A stretch of 32,000 nucleotides of DNA from an uncultured bacterium (lineage in GTDB: Bacteria > Auribacterota > JACPWU01): NCBI GenBank assembly GCA_964640155.1, contig CAZXEQ010000001.1, forward strand, positions 366,403-398,402, in the 5' to 3' direction. The position numbers were made by a program, and so were the translations under genes. Below are positions 13,502-21,469 of the stretch, in pieces. The first letter of the stretch is position 1; each line of letters begins with the position of its first letter. The notes beneath the pieces were generated by a model, which was not told where the DNA came from, searched no databases, and saw only the letters and a program-made list of their open reading frames with translations.

Positions 13502-15049
13502 ATGGCATTCGAAAGTAAACATTTACAGCAGGTTCTTCATCAATTAGGTGATGAGGCTCTGGGAGAACTGATCAAAGTCAGTACTCTCATTAATTCGTCC
13601 TTGGATTTATCCGAAATTCTTGCCTTTGTCATGGATTTGACCAATCGACTTCTCAATTGTGAAGCCAGTTCCCTTTTACTTTTAGATGAAAAAACAAATG
13701 AGCTTGTATTTCGATCTGCCACAGGACAAAAAGCCAAAGATTTAAAACAAATCAGTCTCAAAATGGGACAAGGCATTGCAGGTTGGGTCGCTGAAAAAGA
13801 AAAGCCTTTGATCGTTTCAGATGCTGAAAATGATCCACGCCATTTTCAAGGAACAGATGGGAAAATTGGATTTAAAACAAAATCTATTCTTTGTGTCCCT
13901 ATGAAAGCTAAAGGCAAGTTAATCGGTGTAGCGGAAGCGATTAATAAAAAAGGTAATATGGAATTTGATAATGATGATTTATCTCTTCTTTCTATTCTTG
14001 CTGATCAAGCAGCCATTGCCATTCAAAACGCTAGAACTTTTGAAGAACTTCAACAAAACCACCAAAATCTAAAACAAGAAATTGAATCCAAATATAACTT
14101 AGTAGGAAAATCTGATCAGATCCAGGAAATCCTTAAAATAGCGAAGAAAGTAGCAGCTGGAGATTCAACCCTTCTAATCCGGGGGAAAAGCGGAACAGGT
14201 AAGGAGATGTTGTCACGAACAGTGCACAATTTAAGTCCTCGTTCCAATAAACCCTTTGTTGCAGTGACTTGTTCTATTCTGACACCCACCCTTCTTGAAA
14301 GCGAACTTTTTGGACATGAGAAAGGGGCTTTTACAGGCGCTGATGCTAGAAAAATTGGCCGTTTTGAAATGGCAAATGGAGGAACACTTTTTTTAGATGA
14401 AATTGGAACTTTAGCTCCTGAAACACAATTAAGACTCTTACGTGTTTTGCAGGAAAAAGAGTTTGAACGTGTCGGAGGCACAGAAACAATTAAAGTTAAC
14501 GTGCGCATCATTGCCGCAACCAATGCTGACCTTGAAAAAGCGATTGCCAGTGGAGAATTTAGAGAAGATTTATATTATCGACTCAAAGTCATTGAAGTTT
14601 TTATGCCCGATCTCAAAGACAGACCCGATGATATTGAAACTTTGAGCAAACATTTTCTTGAGATTTATTCACGTGAAATGAGTCGAACTGTGAAGGGATT
14701 TTCAAAAGAAGCCATGGAAATTCTAAAAAATTATGCCTGGCCTGGAAATGTTCGTGAACTAAAAAATACCATTGAAAGAGCTGTGGTCTTGGGTGGCAGC
14801 GAACAGATTATTCCTGAAGACCTTCCCATGGAAATACGCATGGGTAAAATTTCCTCTTCTTCATCTCAAAGCACCGTAACAACTCCCTCTTCTTCCCTGC
14901 CTGAAGGATTTTCACTAGAGGCTGCAGAAGCTAGACACATTCAGGAAGTGCTACAGAAAACCAATTGGAATAAAAGCAAGGCCGCAGAACTTTTGGGGAT
15001 TTCAAGAAATCGTCTGGATAGAAAGATTGAAGGATACAAATTACAATAA
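13502..15049 (+). CDS. Sigma-54-dependent transcriptional activator (GAF - AAA+ - Fis-type HTH)
   Basis: N-terminal GAF-like domain. Walker A GKSGTGKE, sigma-54 contact loop EKGAFTGA and Walker B TLFLDEIG. C-terminal HTH KSKAAELLGISRNRLDRKI. There is no receiver domain. Confidence 0.9.
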   Translation: MAFESKHLQQVLHQLGDEALGELIKVSTLINSSLDLSEILAFVMDLTNRLLNCEASSLLLLDEKTNELVFRSATGQKAKDLKQISLKMGQGIAGWVAEKEKPLIVSDAENDPRHFQGTDGKIGFKTKSILCVPMKAKGKLIGVAEAINKKGNMEFDNDDLSLLSILADQAAIAIQNARTFEELQQNHQNLKQEIESKYNLVGKSDQIQEILKIAKKVAAGDSTLLIRGKSGTGKEMLSRTVHNLSPRSNKPFVAVTCSILTPTLLESELFGHEKGAFTGADARKIGRFEMANGGTLFLDEIGTLAPETQLRLLRVLQEKEFERVGGTETIKVNVRIIAATNADLEKAIASGEFREDLYYRLKVIEVFMPDLKDRPDDIETLSKHFLEIYSREMSRTVKGFSKEAMEILKNYAWPGNVRELKNTIERAVVLGGSEQIIPEDLPMEIRMGKISSSSSQSTVTTPSSSLPEGFSLEAAEARHIQEVLQKTNWNKSKAAELLGISRNRLDRKIEGYKLQ

Positions 15050-15076
15050 TTTTATTTTTCTTTATTCCCCCCTAAT

Positions 15077-15224
15077 AAAATCATGAATTATTTTTTAAAG
15101 ATCGTTGATGAGGCTTGTGACCATGGTGAGCCGATTTTATATCGGCTCGAACAAGCCGAATCATCGAGTGAAGTTAACTCGGTGGGTTAACTGAGCGCGT
15201 CTGATAAAAATAATTCATGATTTT
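15077..15224. repeat. GC-enriched structured intergenic element B with a perfect 19-bp terminal inverted repeat; homologous to element A
   Basis: AAAATCATGAATTATTTTT (15077-15095) pairs with AAAAATAATTCATGATTTT (15206-15224). Inner hairpins are GAGCCGAT-TTTAT-ATCGGCTC (15128-15148) and CGAGT-GAAGTTA-ACTCG (15165-15181). It sits between the convergent activator gene and glmS. Confidence 0.6.
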
Positions 15225-15226
15225 CT

Positions 15227-17068
15227 TCACTCCACCGTCACACTCTTTGCCAAATTTCTCGGCTTATCAATATCACATCCTCTATAAAGAGCAATGTAAT
15301 AAGCCAAAAGCTGTAGAGGAATCACATTAAGCAAAGGAGAAAGCTCTTCAACCGTTTCAGGAACTTCAATGACATGACGCGTGAGTTGTTTAACAATTCT
15401 GTCGCCAGGATTGGCAATCGCAATGATTTTACCACCACGCGCTTCAATCTCTTTTACATTGGAAATCATTTTTTCGTATGTATTGCCTTGTGTACAAATA
15501 CACACAACAGGAAACTGTTTATCAATCAAGGCAATAGGCCCATGCTTCATTTCTCCTGCTGCATAGGCTTCTGCATGACTATAGGAAATTTCTTTATTCT
15601 TAAGTGCTCCTTCCAAAGCTGTGGGATAATTAAATCCTCGCCCCAGATAAAAAGAGCTTTTGGCCTGATGATATTTTTTAGCAGCAATTTTGATCGCGTC
15701 TTGATGATCTAAAATCCATTGAATTTTTTCTGGGATTTTCATCAACTCTGAAAGAAGCCCCCTTGCAGCCTGATTCGTCATTTGTCGACGTGCACGCCCC
15801 AAGAAAACACTTAAAAGATAGAGGGCTGCGAGTTGAGTCAAATAAGCTTTGGTAGATGCCACACTGATTTCAGGCCCTGCTTGCGTATAAATGACATGGT
15901 CACTTTCACGTGTCAAAGTGCTCCCCACCACATTCACAATGGATATCACCCGACAACCTAATTCACGGGCTTTACGAACACTAGCGAGTGTGTCTGCTGT
16001 TTCCCCCGATTGACTCACAGCCAGAACTGCAGTTCCAGGACTGAGTTGAATGGCTCGATATCTAAATTCACTTCCTAATTCTACTTCTACTGGAATGCTG
16101 GTATAGCGCTCCAAAATATATTTACCACACAGTCCCGCATAATAAGCCGTTCCACAACCAATAATCATCAATCGTTCAATGGATCTAGATTCAGCCAAAT
16201 CCAGGATTTTTTCTTCGAAAGAGACAGCCCCTTTTTCAAGATTAATCCTGCCCATCCAAACATTTTTTAAAATATTTGGTTGCTCATAAATTTCTTTGAG
16301 CATGAACTTTTCAAAACCACCTTTTTCAGCCTCTTCAACTTTCAATGTGACATGATCTACTTTAAAAGGTACACTTCGACCTAAAAGATCTTTCACCTGA
16401 CAATGATCTTTATGAATCACAGCCATTTGACTATCTTTAAGATAGATGATTTTTCTGGTTTTAGAAATAAGAGCAGATACATCACTGGCAATAAAATTTT
16501 CATCTTGCCCTAGTCCCACCACCAAGGGGCTTCCAAAACGTACTGCAATTAAAATATCTGGTTCTTTCTTATCAATAACGCCAAGTGCGTAAGTTCCTCT
16601 TAATTTCTTCAAAGTCTGACGAACAGCTTCCTCTAATCCCAAAGCTTCTTTGTTCAACTTTTCTTCAATCAAATGAGCAATCACTTCTGTATCGGTGACA
16701 GAACGAAATCGATGCGATTTTTTAAGAAGTTCTTCTCTTAATTCCTGGAAATTTTCAATAATGCCATTATGAACAACCGCAATCGATTTATGACAATCCA
16801 TATGGGGATGTGCATTGAGATCAGAAGGTTGGCCGTGAGTGGCCCATCGGGTATGACCCAAACCTAAATGAGATTTAATATGAAGCGGCGTAGTAACTTT
16901 AATGAGCTCTTCTAATTTGCCAAGTTTTTTAAAAATCTTGAGATTCCCGTTTCCATTCAGAACACTTATCCCTGATGAATCATAGCCGCGATATTCCAAG
17001 CGAGCTAGTCCATCTATCAAAACAGGAACTGCATTATTTTTACCAATATATCCAATGATTCCACACAT
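15227..17068 (-). CDS. glmS: Glutamine--fructose-6-phosphate aminotransferase (isomerizing)
   Basis: N-terminal MCGIIGYIG (Ntn nucleophile Cys2) and HTRWATHG. Two SIS domains. The C-terminal ...DKPRNLAKSVTVE ending is typical of GlmS. 613 aa. Confidence 0.95.
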   Translation of the reverse strand: MCGIIGYIGKNNAVPVLIDGLARLEYRGYDSSGISVLNGNGNLKIFKKLGKLEELIKVTTPLHIKSHLGLGHTRWATHGQPSDLNAHPHMDCHKSIAVVHNGIIENFQELREELLKKSHRFRSVTDTEVIAHLIEEKLNKEALGLEEAVRQTLKKLRGTYALGVIDKKEPDILIAVRFGSPLVVGLGQDENFIASDVSALISKTRKIIYLKDSQMAVIHKDHCQVKDLLGRSVPFKVDHVTLKVEEAEKGGFEKFMLKEIYEQPNILKNVWMGRINLEKGAVSFEEKILDLAESRSIERLMIIGCGTAYYAGLCGKYILERYTSIPVEVELGSEFRYRAIQLSPGTAVLAVSQSGETADTLASVRKARELGCRVISIVNVVGSTLTRESDHVIYTQAGPEISVASTKAYLTQLAALYLLSVFLGRARRQMTNQAARGLLSELMKIPEKIQWILDHQDAIKIAAKKYHQAKSSFYLGRGFNYPTALEGALKNKEISYSHAEAYAAGEMKHGPIALIDKQFPVVCICTQGNTYEKMISNVKEIEARGGKIIAIANPGDRIVKQLTRHVIEVPETVEELSPLLNVIPLQLLAYYIALYRGCDIDKPRNLAKSVTVE

Positions 17069-17084
17069 AGAAAATCCGTCACAT

Positions 17085-17142
17085 GTAATGCGTCATGGGT
17101 AATGCGTAAAAACAATAAAATATTTTTCTTTTACGCACAACG
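17085..17142 (-). promoter_or_regulatory. TGCGT/ACGCA motif array in the glmS leader
   Basis: The minus strand reads CGTTGTGCGTAAAA-(17 nt)-TTTTACGCATTAC-CCATG-ACGCATTAC, followed by 17 nt and then the ATG. The first two blocks can form a ~13-bp hairpin. The 11-mer CGTTGTGCGTA is identical to that at 13402-13412. Confidence 0.4.
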
Positions 17143-17169
17143 CGCGACGCATGCCGCATCACATCCTTT

Positions 17170-18285
17170 TTAATGAAAGACAACTTTTCCACTAACCATT
17201 GTTAATTTAACATTCAAATGTTTATCCATTAAAACAATATCTGCCCACTTGCCTGTATCCAAACTCCCAGTCTTATTCTCTATCCCCAGCAATCGAGCTG
17301 GATTCAAAGTAATGGTTTGAATCGCGTCAGGCAAATCTAAAGAGGAAAATTCTATCAAATTGATAAGCGCCCTGCGAAGAGAAAGTGCGCTCCCCATTAA
17401 ATTTCCGTCCGGTAAACGAGGAGGATCACGCCCATCATCCTTTTCAAGTTCTGTAAAACAATCTGTAGCTAAAATAATTTTTTGAAGATTTTTAATTTTG
17501 GTGACCATTTTAACCATCAATGGATGAAGATGAAAGCCATCTGCAATCACTTCGGCAAAAACTCTTTCATCGAAAAGAGCGGCTCCTGATGCTCCTAACT
17601 CACGATGATGAAGGCCTCGCATTTGATTAAAAAGATGCGTGGCGTATTGAACCCCTAAACTTATTCCATGCAAAGCTTCTTGATAAGTGGCATGCGTATG
17701 TCCCATAGAAGTAAGAATATGCTTCCCAGTCAAAAATTTGATAATGGAATCCATCCCTTTAAGTTCTGGAGCTAAGGTCATCAAACGCAAAGCATTTCCA
17801 AAATAAGTAAGAATCTTTTTCATCGAGGAAAGCTTTGGTTCCAGCATGAATTCTGGAGGTTGTGCCCCTGCTCTTTTAGGATTTAGAAATGGACCTTCTA
17901 AATGAACTCCTAAAAGCTGTGCCCCCATCAATTGCGTCTTGGCTAATTTTAATGCGTAAGCATACGATTTAAGATTTGCCAAGGAACAGGTGCAATAAGT
18001 TGCCAAGAATCGCGTCGTTCCAAAACGGGCATGATTGAGTGAAATTTTCTGCAAATGCTCTATATCGCTTTTTTTTTGTTGGAGAACATCGCAATGAAGG
18101 TGAAGATCAATAAAACCAGGGACAACGTATAATCCAGAGGCATCAATTTTCTGAGTATGACGAGAAGAGGATTTTGAATCAATCACAACAATTTTCCCAT
18201 TTTTAACAAGAAGGTTTTTACGAGAAAGGAACCGATTGCCTTGTAAAATTTTGCCACCAACAATTGCCAAAGATTGATTTTTCAT
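17170..18285 (-). CDS. nagA: N-acetylglucosamine-6-phosphate deacetylase (amidohydrolase superfamily)
   Basis: VPGFIDLHLHC, HLEGPFLNP and the TSMGHTHA/ATHLFN pattern. About 370 aa. Adjacent to glmS. Confidence 0.75.
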   Translation of the reverse strand: MKNQSLAIVGGKILQGNRFLSRKNLLVKNGKIVVIDSKSSSRHTQKIDASGLYVVPGFIDLHLHCDVLQQKKSDIEHLQKISLNHARFGTTRFLATYCTCSLANLKSYAYALKLAKTQLMGAQLLGVHLEGPFLNPKRAGAQPPEFMLEPKLSSMKKILTYFGNALRLMTLAPELKGMDSIIKFLTGKHILTSMGHTHATYQEALHGISLGVQYATHLFNQMRGLHHRELGASGAALFDERVFAEVIADGFHLHPLMVKMVTKIKNLQKIILATDCFTELEKDDGRDPPRLPDGNLMGSALSLRRALINLIEFSSLDLPDAIQTITLNPARLLGIENKTGSLDTGKWADIVLMDKHLNVKLTMVSGKVVFH

Positions 18286-18304
18286 AAAAAACTTTCAATA
18301 AATT

Positions 18305-19435
18305 CTAAACTCTGTCCTCTAACGTAAACAATCGCTTATGTTCATTAAGTGCAAATCGGTCCGTCATACCTGCAATATAATCACAAATCACTTGTTTTAA
18401 ATCGCTTTTCTTAATTTTTGCTTGAGTTGTTTCTTTTAACAAATGAGGTTGTTCAGCATAAACTTTAAAGAGATCACAAATAACTTCTTGAGCATGAAGA
18501 TTCATTTTCTGAACTTGAATATGATTATAAAGATTCTTGAATAAAAATTCTCTTAACTTCTGAACTTGTTTTCGAAGAGAGGGACTAAAATCAACAATGC
18601 GTTGATTCAATTTATGTAAACTCTGAGGACTATCTAAATGGTAGGCCTGAATGTTTTCCCCAGTCTGTTCAATAAGATCTGTGACAAGCGCATTGACCAT
18701 ATTACGAACGGTATAATAACAACGGATTTCTAGTAATGCATCAGGATGATTTTTATGAATTTCTTCAAATGCATCAGACCATAATTGAACGGTATTCAAA
18801 TCTTTTTCTGTCAAAAAACCTGAAGTCAAACCATCATCCACATCATGGCAAAGATAAGCAATATCATCTGAGATATCCGCTACTTGACCTTCTAGACTTG
18901 CACAATTCGCTTTTTGACCAGGGCGATGTTTCTGAATTCCTTCACGAACTTCCCAGGTAAGATTAAGCCCATCAAATTGAGGATAACGTTTTTCGAGTTT
19001 TTCAACAAGGCGAAGGCTTTGTTGATTATGTTCAAATCCTCCTGCGTCCTTCATCATGATATCTAATGCCTTCTCTCCACTATGACCAAAAGGAGGATGC
19101 CCTAAGTCATGCGCCAAAGCTACAGCTTCAGTTAAATCCTCATTCAAACGTAAGGCTCGAGCTATATTTCTTCCAATTTGAGCCACTTCCAAACTGTGAG
19201 TGATGCGTGTTCGATAATGATCTCCCTCATGATTTACAAAAACTTGAGTTTTATACTCTAATCTTCGGAAAGCTCTGGAATGGACAATGCGGTCACGATC
19301 ACGTTGAAAAGCTGTTCTAACAGGATGTTCTGGTTCTGAGTGGACACGTCCCTTACTTTGCCCACTTTTATAAGCATACGGGGCTAAAATTTTTTCTTCT
19401 ATTGATTCATAGTCTTGACGTGTGAATAAAGCCAT
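18305..19435 (-). CDS. dgt: dGTP triphosphohydrolase-like HD-domain protein
   Basis: RTAFQRDRDRIVHSRAFRRLEYKTQVF, HSLEVAQIGR and AHDLGHPPFGH are the HD and dGTPase-family motifs. Confidence 0.8.
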   Translation of the reverse strand: MALFTRQDYESIEEKILAPYAYKSGQSKGRVHSEPEHPVRTAFQRDRDRIVHSRAFRRLEYKTQVFVNHEGDHYRTRITHSLEVAQIGRNIARALRLNEDLTEAVALAHDLGHPPFGHSGEKALDIMMKDAGGFEHNQQSLRLVEKLEKRYPQFDGLNLTWEVREGIQKHRPGQKANCASLEGQVADISDDIAYLCHDVDDGLTSGFLTEKDLNTVQLWSDAFEEIHKNHPDALLEIRCYYTVRNMVNALVTDLIEQTGENIQAYHLDSPQSLHKLNQRIVDFSPSLRKQVQKLREFLFKNLYNHIQVQKMNLHAQEVICDLFKVYAEQPHLLKETTQAKIKKSDLKQVICDYIAGMTDRFALNEHKRLFTLEDRV

Positions 19436-19520
19436 ATTTTATCCTATAACTTATTTTACCATAGAATTTACACCGTTAGGAGGGGACAAACCATTGAAGT
19501 TCGTTTTTGCAAAGTACAAA

Positions 19521-20825
19521 CTATCCCTTTTGAAACATCAATCGCACAGGGACTCCTTCAAAGCCTGGGAAACGCGTTCGTAGTTCTCGTTCGAGAAAAA
19601 GTTTGTAGGACTCTTTGACATATTCAGAGTGATTAACGTAAATCGTAAATTGGGGAGGACAAATACCCGATTGTTTGATGGAATGAAAACGAGGAAGATG
19701 CCCTTCTTCAGAGGGAGGTTGTCTTTTATCTACAGCGTCATCCAAAAACTTTTGGAGTTCTCTTCGACCAATTTCTCGATGATTATTGTTATAGACTTGT
19801 AAAACTTGATCCATCAAAGTCTCGATTTTGGCTCCCTTCAAAGCAGAACAATAAATCAAAGGATAAATCTCTAACCACTTCCATCTTTCAATCAAAGATT
19901 TTGTAAAATGTTCCTGTCTAATTTTTTTAACAAGATCCCATTTATTAAGAGCGATGACACAAGCCTTCCCTGCCCTACGTATTTCAGTAAGAATTCTTAA
20001 ATCTTGTGCCATCACTCCCTCTGAGACATCAACCATCAAAATCACAAGATCTGATCTTTTGATGGAACGATAAGATCTCATCACGCTAAATGTCTCGGGT
20101 CCTCGACGCACTTGCTTTCTTCGACGCATTCCGGCCGTATCAATCAAGGTAAATAAACGATCTTTGACTCTGATATCCACATCGACAGAATCTCGTGTTG
20201 TCCCAGGGGTATCATCTACAATCACACGCTTACTTCCAAAGAGATGATTTAATAATGTAGACTTCCCTACATTAGGTTTCCCCACAATGGCCACTTTAAT
20301 AGAATCTTCTGTTTCTTCAGAACAAGCCTTCAGAGTTCGTTCAATACGATCTTGCAATTCAAAAAAGCCCAATCCATGTAAAGAAGAAATCATGACAATG
20401 TTTTCGAAACCTAAACGATGAAATTCTTGAGCATCTACTTCCAGGGAAGGATTGTCGACTTTATTCACTACGACAATCACATCTTTACCTGAATGTCTCA
20501 CCCATTCAGAAACTTCTTCATCTAAGGGGGTAATACCTGCGACTGCATCCATGACCAGTAAAACAAGAGTTCCTTCTTTAAGTGCTTCTTTAACCTGCTC
20601 TCGAATACCCGTTCGAATAGGATCAACCCCACCTAGCTCTACCCCGCCTGTATCCAAAAGCTTTAAAGGAAATCCATTCCATTTTAGTTTTACTTCAACA
20701 CGATCACGTGTCACCCCAGCTTCTTCATGGACAATCGACATACGACGTCCCACCAAGCGATTGAAAAGAGTGGATTTGCCCACATTCGGGCGACCTACGA
20801 TGACAACAACGTTTTTTGAATTCAT
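19521..20825 (-). CDS. der: Ribosome-associated GTPase Der/EngA
   Basis: Two tandem G domains (GRPNVGKSTLFN...DTGG...NKVD and GKPNVGKSTLLN...DTAG...NKWD) plus a KH-like C-terminal domain. Confidence 0.9.
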   Translation of the reverse strand: MNSKNVVVIVGRPNVGKSTLFNRLVGRRMSIVHEEAGVTRDRVEVKLKWNGFPLKLLDTGGVELGGVDPIRTGIREQVKEALKEGTLVLLVMDAVAGITPLDEEVSEWVRHSGKDVIVVVNKVDNPSLEVDAQEFHRLGFENIVMISSLHGLGFFELQDRIERTLKACSEETEDSIKVAIVGKPNVGKSTLLNHLFGSKRVIVDDTPGTTRDSVDVDIRVKDRLFTLIDTAGMRRRKQVRRGPETFSVMRSYRSIKRSDLVILMVDVSEGVMAQDLRILTEIRRAGKACVIALNKWDLVKKIRQEHFTKSLIERWKWLEIYPLIYCSALKGAKIETLMDQVLQVYNNNHREIGRRELQKFLDDAVDKRQPPSEEGHLPRFHSIKQSGICPPQFTIYVNHSEYVKESYKLFLERELRTRFPGFEGVPVRLMFQKG

Positions 20826-20865
20826 AAAAAACCTGTATTGCGAAATACTAATTTCTAATTACGAA

Positions 20866-21453
20866 CTATTGTATTTTTGGAGAGCTCAACTGTCGGCTGC
20901 CAAAAATAAGATATCCAATCCCTGAAGCAAGTGTCAGGGAAGCAGCCCCATACACCCAAATTTCAGGATGTGGCCATTTCAATAAAATCCAAAGCACACA
21001 AACCATTTGAGAAACAGTAGCCAGCTTTCCTAAAATACTGGGCACCACTTTAACATGTCCGTTGAGAATATGGATTAAAAGTACGCCTGAACAAATAAAA
21101 AGATCTCGCGAAATGGCTAAAATAGAAAACCAAGAAGGCAAATAAAAACCTAGGGGTGGACTTTTAAAACTCAAAACTACAATCGCCGAAACTAAAAGAA
21201 GCTTATCAGCGATAGGATCTAAAAATGTCCCCAAGGGTGTTTTTTGATTTCTTGTCCTCGCAATAAAACCATCCACTGCATCTGAAAGCGTCGCGGCAAT
21301 AAAAACAAGAATAGCCGAAAAACGAAGAATTTCTTGCTCTCCTTGAGCAGCGTCTCGATAACTCAAAAGGAGAAGTACAAAAATTGGAACCAAAATGATT
21401 CGAGCAATAGTGATCTTATTTGCTAAATTTAAATTACTTTTAATATCAGACAT
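20866..21453 (-). CDS. pgsA: CDP-diacylglycerol--glycerol-3-phosphate 3-phosphatidyltransferase
   Basis: CDP-alcohol phosphatidyltransferase motif DAVDGFIARTRNQKTPLGTFLDPIADK. Polytopic membrane protein of 195 aa. Confidence 0.8.
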   Translation of the reverse strand: MSDIKSNLNLANKITIARIILVPIFVLLLLSYRDAAQGEQEILRFSAILVFIAATLSDAVDGFIARTRNQKTPLGTFLDPIADKLLLVSAIVVLSFKSPPLGFYLPSWFSILAISRDLFICSGVLLIHILNGHVKVVPSILGKLATVSQMVCVLWILLKWPHPEIWVYGAASLTLASGIGYLIFGSRQLSSPKIQ

Positions 21454-21469
21454 AAAAATCTTTTTACCT

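Noticed and set aside
15077-15224. Autonomous mobile element or IS at the inverted-repeat-bounded elements
   Set aside because: The elements are about 140 nt with no coding capacity. No transposase or integrase gene is present in the window, and no clear target-site duplication flanks the repeats. At most they are non-autonomous MITE- or REP-like elements.
17142-17156. Sigma-54-like element CGGCAT-N5-GCGC on the minus strand upstream of glmS
   Set aside because: The GG/GC spacing is right, but both flanking consensus positions are missing (the T before GG and the TT before GC). GC-rich repeats of this kind produce such matches by chance.
17069-17169. glmS ribozyme upstream of glmS
   Set aside because: The whole nagA-glmS spacer is only 101 nt, much shorter than the ribozyme core as I recall it. 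I cannot find the nested pseudoknotted architecture. The structure present is a simple hairpin plus direct ACGCATTAC repeats, and glmS ribozymes are characteristic of Gram-positive lineages. A covariance-model scan would settle it.
20452-20925. Long antisense ORFs in the track (20452-20925; also 27151-27627, 31393-31893, 14116-14523, 15374-15712, 8782-9084 and others)
   Set aside because: All are shadow frames fully overlapping well-supported genes on the opposite strand. They lack an RBS and have Ser/Thr/Arg/Pro-biased, low-complexity translations typical of antisense frames.
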